Shown here piece by piece: positions 56,842 through 64,000 of a stretch of DNA of 64,000 bases. The first letter of the stretch is position 1. Each line of letters begins with the position of its first letter. The position numbers and the translations under genes were made by a program. This stretch comes from Kiritimatiellia bacterium (GTDB taxonomy: Bacteria > Verrucomicrobiota > Kiritimatiellia > RFP12 > UBA1067). Under the pieces are notes generated by a model, which did not search any database, was not told the DNA's origin, and saw only the letters and a list, made by a program, of their open reading frames with translations. The stretch is taken from positions 16,968 to 80,967 of the forward strand of contig JAZSQE010000016.1 in assembly GCA_045537795.1 (NCBI GenBank), in the 5' to 3' direction.

Positions 56842-59800
56842 GTCTATCGCCGGACGCTTTGGCGTCCTGTTTTCAACGCTTTTTGCCGCTTCAGCCGCAT
56901 TTGCGGCTCCTGATTGCGGACAGGAGGCGAAGCTTCGAGAGATGCTGCCGGAGGTGTTTGCGAAATGCGCCGCGCACTATCGTGCGCTCGACGCAGCCGC
57001 AACGCCGCTCATGAATTCGGGCGATCCGGAGATGACGGTCCCTCGCGGCGACAAGCCCCATGGAGAGCGTCTTGTCCCCCATGGGTGGAACGCGAAGACG
57101 GACAAGCTCGATATGCGCTCCATCTACTGGTGGACGTCGGGGCACTTCCCCGGTTCGCTCTGGTATCTTTACGAGGCGACCGGTGACGGGTTCTTCAGGG
57201 AACGTGCTACGGTTTGGACGGAGTCTGTTGCGCCAAACTCAAAAGTGTCCGACAACCATGATGTGGGGTTCATCATGTACTGTTCGTTCGGCAATGCCCG
57301 CAGACTTCTGAATACAGACAAGTACGATGATCTCCTCCGCGAGACGGCGTCTTCGCTCTCAAAACGGTTCAACGACCGTTTGGGGTTAATCCGGAGCTGG
57401 GGTGAACTTGATGAGAGGAAGGACTTTTTTGTCATTCCGGACAACATGATGAATCTGGAACTTCTCGAGTGGGCTTCGAAACATCCTTCGCCAAAGGCTG
57501 CGGCCCCCAAGGAACAGTCGTCGCGGTTCGACCGGATCGCGCGTTCGCATGCGACGAATACGATGAAGCACCACTTTCGTGCGGAGGGCGGCACGTACCA
57601 TGTCCTCAATTACGATCAGAAGACCCTGCGCGTAAAGGCGATCTTGCGCGGACAGGGCGCAAGCTGCGAGACGGCGTGGAGCCGCGGCCAGAGTTGGGCG
57701 ATATACGGCTATACGATGATGTACCGGGAAACCGGAGATAGGGCATATCTCGATTTCGCGCAGAAGGTTTCGGACTATGCCATCAACCATCCGAACATGC
57801 CGGAGGACGGGATTCCGTACTGGGACTTTGGCGCTCCTGGCGAGGAACGCGATTCCTCCGCCGGGGCGATCATGGCTTCGGGACTTCTTGAGCTTGCAAG
57901 ATACGTCGATGCCAAGAAGGGGGAGTTGTACCGCAGTTTTGCCGTCAAACAGTTGCTCTCGCTTTCTTCCCCTGCGTACTTCTCCGATGGCGACGAAATC
58001 GGCCATTTCCTGCTCAAGCATGGAGTCGGGCACAAACCGGGGGGAAGCGAGGTCGACACTCCTCTCGATTACGGCGACTACTATTTTCTGGAGGCGTTGC
58101 TTCGCTTCAGGGATTTTGCCGGCGTTTCGGCGTGCCCTCCCCGGAATTGCGAACGCGGCGCGGAACGCTTGCGCATAGGCGACTCCTCCTCCGGCGTTTC
58201 GAAGTCTGCCTATCTCGATCTCATGGAAGCGGCCGTCCGGGCCTACTCCGACGAGCGGTTGGTTTCGTATCAGGCCGAGGCTGAGCGCGACGGGGTGCAG
58301 GAGCATGGCTTTCCGCGGCTTACGGCAAACCTGGCGATTCTCGTCGCCAACGGACGGCTTTCGGAAAAGCGCGAACTCGCGAAGAAGATGATGGATGTTG
58401 CGTGCAGAGACGCAAGGAAGGGCAGGATGCCGCCGAAATCGGGCGGAAACGAATTTTCCGTGAAGGAGCTTTCGATAGCGCTGGTGGAGCTTGAAAAGCG
58501 CCGGACGTACCCCAAGACCGTGACGGACTCATGGCGAAAGTCCCTCAGTGAGGTCGATGCCGAGAAATGCTATTCCACTGGACGCAGGAACGTAGATCTT
58601 CCGAAGGCCGGCAATTGGGTCATCTTTGCCGGTGCCAGCGAGCAAGCGCGTCTGCGGCGAGGCTTAGGGGGAAATCCCGGTTTCGTGGAGAAGTATGTGG
58701 CCGATCAGCTCAGGTGGTTTGACTCCTCCGGAATGTACAGGGATCCCTTCCAGCCGATGGTTTACGATATTGTTACAAGGCTTCAGTTTGCACAGATTCT
58801 GAGCGACGGATTCTCCGGACCGTCACGCGCAAAGCTGGAGGGCTGCATGGACCTTTCGGCCGAACCTACGCTTAAGCTCTTGTCCGCTTGCGGCGAGATA
58901 CCCTATGGCGGACGCAGCAACCAGTTCCTGCACAACAACACGTTCTATTCCGCGCTTTGCGAATGGTATGCCGCCCGCTTTGCGGACAGGGGCGACATGG
59001 CGAAGGCCGCGGAGTTTCGCAGGGCTGCCGCGGATTCGGTGGACGCAATGCGCGTTTGGCTCGCGGAACGTCCTGTCAGCCATGTGAAGAACCGCTATCC
59101 CCGCGAATCGGGCAAGGGCGTGTATTCCGAAAAGGCGGATATCGGATGCGAAAGGTACGCCTACTTCGACAAGTACATGATCACAATGGGTTCCTGGGCG
59201 ATGCTTGGATGGTATTTCGCCGACGAGACGATCCCTGCCGCAGGCTACGTGCCGGCGAAACCGGATGTGTTCCTTCTCTCGCCGACATTCCATCAGGCGT
59301 TGATGTATGCCGGAGAGTATTCGGCCCAGTTCGATTACTGCGCCAACGGGCATTACGACTGCAACGGCCTTGGCCGTCTGCATCGCCGAGGTGCGCCTTC
59401 GCAGATATGCCTTTCCGTTCCTTGCGCCAAGTCGCCGAACTACCGTTTGCCTGAGCCTAACATCTCCACGCTTTCGATCCGCCCGGTGGTGGCGGAGAAT
59501 GCCGGCTGGAATATCCTGCATGAGGCGAAGACCGCGAAATACGCCCTGACGCAGTGGAAGGTTGGCAACATGAACTGGGAATGCCGGCTTTCAGCCGACG
59601 GCATGGAGATGGATCTGTCCGGAGAAGGAGAGGTAGCGATGGATCTTCCCGCCTTTGAATTCGACGGCAGGGATTCCACTCGCATTTCCCATGACGGGAA
59701 CTCACTGTCGGTGGTCTATCGCGGATGGGTGTGCCGCTACCGCACGGACGGGCGCATTGCGCCCACGGGCATGGTTGCGCACAACCGCAACGGACGCTAT

Positions 59801-59863
59801 GCGGCGTTCCGTGCGACAGGCGACAAGAGACTCAAGGTGCGGATATCAATAGAGAAAGAGTGA
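56825..59863 (+). CDS. GH88 fused to an uncharacterised C-terminal domain
   Basis: N-terminal part is a close paralog of 46675-47877 (to about 58110); C-terminal part has EHGFPRLTAN, GNEFSVKE, GMYRDP, GEIPYGGRSNQF. Confidence 0.88.
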   Translation: MSNCCESIAGRFGVLFSTLFAASAAFAAPDCGQEAKLREMLPEVFAKCAAHYRALDAAATPLMNSGDPEMTVPRGDKPHGERLVPHGWNAKTDKLDMRSIYWWTSGHFPGSLWYLYEATGDGFFRERATVWTESVAPNSKVSDNHDVGFIMYCSFGNARRLLNTDKYDDLLRETASSLSKRFNDRLGLIRSWGELDERKDFFVIPDNMMNLELLEWASKHPSPKAAAPKEQSSRFDRIARSHATNTMKHHFRAEGGTYHVLNYDQKTLRVKAILRGQGASCETAWSRGQSWAIYGYTMMYRETGDRAYLDFAQKVSDYAINHPNMPEDGIPYWDFGAPGEERDSSAGAIMASGLLELARYVDAKKGELYRSFAVKQLLSLSSPAYFSDGDEIGHFLLKHGVGHKPGGSEVDTPLDYGDYYFLEALLRFRDFAGVSACPPRNCERGAERLRIGDSSSGVSKSAYLDLMEAAVRAYSDERLVSYQAEAERDGVQEHGFPRLTANLAILVANGRLSEKRELAKKMMDVACRDARKGRMPPKSGGNEFSVKELSIALVELEKRRTYPKTVTDSWRKSLSEVDAEKCYSTGRRNVDLPKAGNWVIFAGASEQARLRRGLGGNPGFVEKYVADQLRWFDSSGMYRDPFQPMVYDIVTRLQFAQILSDGFSGPSRAKLEGCMDLSAEPTLKLLSACGEIPYGGRSNQFLHNNTFYSALCEWYAARFADRGDMAKAAEFRRAAADSVDAMRVWLAERPVSHVKNRYPRESGKGVYSEKADIGCERYAYFDKYMITMGSWAMLGWYFADETIPAAGYVPAKPDVFLLSPTFHQALMYAGEYSAQFDYCANGHYDCNGLGRLHRRGAPSQICLSVPCAKSPNYRLPEPNISTLSIRPVVAENAGWNILHEAKTAKYALTQWKVGNMNWECRLSADGMEMDLSGEGEVAMDLPAFEFDGRDSTRISHDGNSLSVVYRGWVCRYRTDGRIAPTGMVAHNRNGRYAAFRATGDKRLKVRISIEKE

Positions 59864-59899
59864 TTTCCAGTTTAAACAATAACAAAGAAAGAGAAACAG

Positions 59900-60844
59900 A
59901 TGAAGAAACATGCAATCATTGCGTTGGCGGCGTTGCCTATCGCATTTGCGGCTTCGGCCGAAATCAACTACAAGGTCCAGGCCGCTTCGCACCCGGATGA
60001 TTTCAAGACGTTCGACACCGCGAAGATCCGCGAGCGTTTCGTGATGGAGAAGGTCATGTCGCCAGATGAGATAAACCTCACATACACGATGTACGACCGT
60101 CTCGTGTACGGAGGCGCGATGCCGGTCACCAAGGCGCTTGATCTTGAGACGTTTCTTGAACTCAAGGCCGAGAACTTTCTCGACCGGCGCGAACTTGGCG
60201 TAATCAACGTCGGCGGCCCCGGCGTTGTTACCGTTGACGGCGAAGAGTATGCTCTCGACTTTAAGGAGGCGCTCTATGTCGGTTGCGGCAAGAGGAAGGT
60301 CGTATTCAGGTCGAACGATTCGAAGAATCCCGCCAAGTTCTACCTCAACTCCGCTCCGGCGTACAGGGAGTACGTGACGCAACGCATCACGAGCGACCAG
60401 AACTGCAAGAAGCCCGGCTACACCATCGGCAACTACATCAAGGCCGGTTCGCTCAAGGAGTCGAACGCGCGCTGCATCAATCAGCTCATCGTACAGAAGG
60501 TGCTCGCCAAGAAGCCGGGCGGCGGATGCTGTCAGCTTCAGGTGGGCCTTACGGAGCTTGAGGAAGGCAGCGTGTGGAACACGATGCCGCAGCATACGCA
60601 CAACCGCCGCATGGAGGCGTACTTCTACTTCAACGTCCCGAAGGGGCAGGCGATCTGCCATCAGATGGGCCGTCCGCAGGAGCAGGGTCTTGTGTGGCTG
60701 CACAACGACCAGGCCATCACCTCGCCGGAGTGGAGCGTCCACCCCGCCGCCGGAACATCGAACTATATGTTCATCTGGGGCATGGCGGGCGAGAACCTAG
60801 ACTATGGCGACATGGACAAGATTCCCGTCACCGAAATGCGATAA
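59900..60844 (+). CDS. kduI: 4-deoxy-L-threo-5-hexosulose-uronate ketol-isomerase with an N-terminal signal peptide
   Basis: [63 protein letters not shown]. Confidence 0.95.
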   Translation: MKKHAIIALAALPIAFAASAEINYKVQAASHPDDFKTFDTAKIRERFVMEKVMSPDEINLTYTMYDRLVYGGAMPVTKALDLETFLELKAENFLDRRELGVINVGGPGVVTVDGEEYALDFKEALYVGCGKRKVVFRSNDSKNPAKFYLNSAPAYREYVTQRITSDQNCKKPGYTIGNYIKAGSLKESNARCINQLIVQKVLAKKPGGGCCQLQVGLTELEEGSVWNTMPQHTHNRRMEAYFYFNVPKGQAICHQMGRPQEQGLVWLHNDQAITSPEWSVHPAAGTSNYMFIWGMAGENLDYGDMDKIPVTEMR

Positions 60845-60856
60845 GGGAGCAACTCC

Positions 60857-63800
60857 GTGTCGAAGGTGAATGTTCTGTTGCTGACGCTTACGCTGGGAGT
60901 GTTGCCTTCCGTTGCGGACGGGCTCGTCCGGTTCACGGATGAGTACCGCACGACCGGCCGCAATGCCGCGTTCGCGAACGCAAGGAAATGCGCGGACGCC
61001 ATCCTTGCCGCGAACGATGCCAATGTATTGCCCGATGACCTCGCCGCTCTGCTGGAGCTTTCGCGCTATGTCGAAGCGACGGCGCGGGACCGTTACCGTG
61101 CGTTTGTCGCGGCACGGGTTCCGTCGCGGTCGGACGGAGCGTCTGCGGCTATGGAGAAGGTCTTTGCCCAGCAGGACATCATTCGCCAGATAGATAGAGA
61201 CATTGCGGATGTGCTTCGGAATCTTCCGCCGCGTGCCGGACTTCTTGGTTCTGACCGGGCGGAATGGAAAAAGCTTGCGTTGCGTCCAGATGCCGCACGT
61301 GTCGTAGCCGAGGCGGAAACGCTGCTCGGCAAGCCTATCCCGGAGACGCCTGACTCCCTTTATGTGGAGTTCTGGACAACCGGGAACCGTTCAAACTATC
61401 AGAAGCCGTATTTTAGGCGACTGTCCCGTCTGGTGAAACTGACGGTTGCGGAGTCGGTTGAGCGCAAAGGGCGTTTCCTTCCGTCGCTTCTTGCGACAAT
61501 AGATGCCATCTGCTCCATGAAGTCGTGGGTTTTACCCGCCCATGACAGGACGGACAACAAGGGCGGCAATCTGCGCGGGACGGTGACGTCCGTCGATCTT
61601 TTTTCCTCGCAGCTGGCCTCGCATCTCGCCTGTACCGTGGACTTCCTCGGCGACGATCTTCCATCTGAGGTGGTTGGGAAAATCCGCGCTGAAATCGAGC
61701 GACGCATTTTTGCCCCTCTCAGGCTTTCGTATGCCCATGCGGACAGGGATGGTTGTGTCCGCAGGAGGTGTGATCCGTTGTTGAACTGGTGGATATGCGG
61801 CGTAAACAACTGGAACGCCGTGTGTCACGACAATGTCGTCACAACCGCCCTCGCGCTGCTGGACGACCCTCGTGAACGTGCGTTCTTTGTCGCGCGGGCG
61901 CTTCGTGGACTTCGGTTCTACGCGAAGGGAGGTTTTGCCCTTGACGGATACTGCTCGGAGGGAATGGGGTATTGGAACTACGGATATGGTCACCTCCTGA
62001 TGCTGGGTCTGACGCTGCGGGACCTGACGGCTGGAAAGATAGATGTTTTCGAAGAACCCATCTATCGCAAGGCTGCGGAATACGCCTACAGCTATCAGCT
62101 TGAGCGCAATGTTTCGCCGGCCTTTGCAGACGGCAACGGCGCGCCGTTGCCGGCGAATCTTGCGCTTGTGAGCCGGGTCTGGCCGGATCTTGCCTGCCGT
62201 GCCTCGGAGACCGCATCCCCGTTCGACTTGAAAGGCGCTAGTCCGATGAGCATATGCATTGACCGATACTTGTCTCTGTTGGGGCTCAGGGAATGCCCTC
62301 CGCCATCGGTTGCGCAGGGCGCAGAAACCTTGCCTCTCCGTTCGGAGTTCCCGGTTGGGCAGGTTTGGCTGATGCGCGCCGGAAGGGACATGTCCGTCGC
62401 CGTCAAAGGCGGACACAACGGTGAGCTCCACAACCATAACGATGTGGGTTCCTATTATCTGGTCTCCGAAGGCAAACTTCTTTCCGGAGACCCTGGCGGC
62501 GAAGAGTATACGGCCCGGACGTTCTCTGCGCGCCGCTACGAATCGAAGGTCATCAATTCCTATGCGCATCCGGTGCCGGTGGTGGACGGGAGACTTCAGT
62601 CCTGCGGACGAGATTTCGCGGCGAAAGTCCTCAAGAAGGAGTTTACCGATGCATGTGACACCGTCGTTCTGGACATTTCGGGTGCGTATGAAGTGCCGCA
62701 CCTCCTTTCGCTGGTGCGCACATTCAGGTTTGACCGTGCAAAGAAGGCGTTTTCCGTTACCGACGCCGTGAAGTTCTCAAAGCCGTCGGCATTCGAGGAG
62801 GTGTACACTACATTTGCAGGAGAAAAGTTCGGTACGCCTGTCGTCTCTGTCTCGGTGTCGAAGGGCGGACGGACCGTGCGGAGTTCCGAACACATATCAA
62901 ATCCGGGGAAGATTGAGCCGACACGCCATTCACTCGCATTCGAGAGTCCCGTAACCGAGGCGGAGATCACCCTGACCTTCACGGTCGCCGAGCCGATTCC
63001 GTCTGCTTCGCATTTCCGGTCGCGCCCGGACTGCCGCGGTATTTTAGGGCGCTTTTGGGGAAATGACGCCGCTCCAGGCCAGGCAGCCGCAGACCGTGCG
63101 GCGGCAGGCGAAGTCATGGTCGTAAATGTGCCGTGGTCATTCCCTTCGAACAGGATCGACTGGCTGTTCAATCCCACCGAAGGGAGGGGGGCGTTCAACC
63201 CGGAATGGACTTGGCAACTGAACCGCATGCCATTCTGGCTTGCGCTTGCAGAGGCGTACCGCAAGACGGGAGACGAGAAATACGCGCGCGCATTCGTGCG
63301 GCAGTTTTCGGACTGGTTGGCGCAGACTGGCGGCGTTCCGCCCGAAAAAGGGTACAGGTCGGTCGGATCGCCATGGCGCACGATTGAGGAGGGACTTCGC
63401 CTTCTTGGTTCCTGGAGTGTCGCGTTCGAGACGTTCCGCAAGTCTCCGGCTTTCACCGACGAGCTTCTGCTTGCGTTCGTCCGCAGTGCCCACGCACAGG
63501 CGAAACATCTCCTTGCTCACGGAACGAAGGGCAATTGGCTGCTTATGGAGATGACGGGCGCCTATGTGTTCGCAGTGCAGTTCCCTGAATTTCCGGATGC
63601 GGCGGCAATGCGCACGGAAGCGCTGCGCCGTTTCACCGCCGCTGCCAGCGCACAGCTTCTGCCAGACGGTCTGCATGACGAACTTTCTCCGGATTACCAC
63701 AATGTATTCTACTCGACGGTCTCCCGCATCTTTCGCCTTGCGGCGGCCAACGGGCTTGACGGCGAACTGCCTCCGGTGTTCAGGGACCTTCTCCGCCGCG

Positions 63801-64000
63801 GCGCAGAAGGTCCTCTTGCGATGATGACGCCCGGATTTGTGCAGCCACGGTTCAATGACTGCTTTACCGTTCCGGTATCCGCCGTGATGCGCAATGCGCT
63901 TGCCGTATTCCCCGACCGCGAGGATTTCCGATGGGCATTGAGCAAGGGGCTTGAAGGCCGGCCTCCGGCGGGAGAGACGCCATCGCGTTTTTTGCCTTAT
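60857..64000 (+). CDS. Tandem double heparinase II/III-like lyase (PL33-like + PL12-like), runs off the window end
   Basis: GTG start after GGGAG; signal peptide; frame appears open for 1048 codons. Module 1: SWVLPAH, NNWNAVC, EGMGYWNYG, KGGHNGELHNHNDVG. Module 2: EWTWQLNR, WRTIEEGLR, NWLLME, DGLHDELSPDYH. Confidence 0.85.
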   Translation, partial: MSKVNVLLLTLTLGVLPSVADGLVRFTDEYRTTGRNAAFANARKCADAILAANDANVLPDDLAALLELSRYVEATARDRYRAFVAARVPSRSDGASAAMEKVFAQQDIIRQIDRDIADVLRNLPPRAGLLGSDRAEWKKLALRPDAARVVAEAETLLGKPIPETPDSLYVEFWTTGNRSNYQKPYFRRLSRLVKLTVAESVERKGRFLPSLLATIDAICSMKSWVLPAHDRTDNKGGNLRGTVTSVDLFSSQLASHLACTVDFLGDDLPSEVVGKIRAEIERRIFAPLRLSYAHADRDGCVRRRCDPLLNWWICGVNNWNAVCHDNVVTTALALLDDPRERAFFVARALRGLRFYAKGGFALDGYCSEGMGYWNYGYGHLLMLGLTLRDLTAGKIDVFEEPIYRKAAEYAYSYQLERNVSPAFADGNGAPLPANLALVSRVWPDLACRASETASPFDLKGASPMSICIDRYLSLLGLRECPPPSVAQGAETLPLRSEFPVGQVWLMRAGRDMSVAVKGGHNGELHNHNDVGSYYLVSEGKLLSGDPGGEEYTARTFSARRYESKVINSYAHPVPVVDGRLQSCGRDFAAKVLKKEFTDACDTVVLDISGAYEVPHLLSLVRTFRFDRAKKAFSVTDAVKFSKPSAFEEVYTTFAGEKFGTPVVSVSVSKGGRTVRSSEHISNPGKIEPTRHSLAFESPVTEAEITLTFTVAEPIPSASHFRSRPDCRGILGRFWGNDAAPGQAAADRAAAGEVMVVNVPWSFPSNRIDWLFNPTEGRGAFNPEWTWQLNRMPFWLALAEAYRKTGDEKYARAFVRQFSDWLAQTGGVPPEKGYRSVGSPWRTIEEGLRLLGSWSVAFETFRKSPAFTDELLLAFVRSAHAQAKHLLAHGTKGNWLLMEMTGAYVFAVQFPEFPDAAAMRTEALRRFTAAASAQLLPDGLHDELSPDYHNVFYSTVSRIFRLAAANGLDGELPPVFRDLLRRGAEGPLAMMTPGFVQPRFNDCFTVPVSAVMRNALAVFPDREDFRWALSKGLEGRPPAGETPSRFLPY

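Noticed and set aside
61532-63700. Several minus-strand ORFs (389, 286, 187 aa) in the apparently empty last 3 kb
   Set aside because: The region is occupied by the plus-strand lyase gene starting at 60857.
1-64000. CRISPR arrays, IS elements, prophage, rRNA/tRNA, stop-codon recoding
   Set aside because: None seen by eye: no regularly spaced repeats, no transposase/integrase/phage motifs, and TGA, TAA and TAG all end conserved genes at the expected positions.

Overview
A GC-rich bacterial window, most likely from an anaerobic PVC-superphylum organism (Kiritimatiellae/Lentisphaerae-like; inferred from gene content and the C-terminal tails of the secreted proteins, not proven). Housekeeping blocks (acyl-CoA dehydrogenase/epimerase/GT2, an Mla/MCE operon, a GldA/F/G-DUF4340 ABC module, proS, cstA-like, rplT/rpmI, nrdD, comF, queE, folP) alternate with two large glycan-utilisation loci. 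Locus 1 (about 5.7-27.1 kb) has a GntR/LacI regulator, a CE7-like esterase, GH2, two tandem ~1180-aa secreted paralogs of no recognisable family, a passenger-like adhesin, a GH101-like fusion, a Tat-exported MBL hydrolase and a GH36/beta-helix fusion. A shared AAAGTTGACATGTCAA site precedes two of its promoters. Locus 2 (about 44.7 kb to beyond the window end) is a XylR-type regulated uronic-acid-polymer locus: two GH88s, heparinase II/III-like lyases (one a tandem double lyase missing from the ORF track), DUF4861, a stand-alone GatC-type EIIC and a KduI with a signal peptide. The most promising undescribed elements are (i) a shared C-terminal MR(L/I)I(I/V)R tail on barrel-less autotransporter-like proteins, (ii) the paralog pair, and (iii) a possible periplasmic KduI/DUF4861/orphan-EIIC route. 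I saw no tRNA, rRNA, CRISPR array or transposase. All family calls come from recognising motifs by eye; no searches were run.
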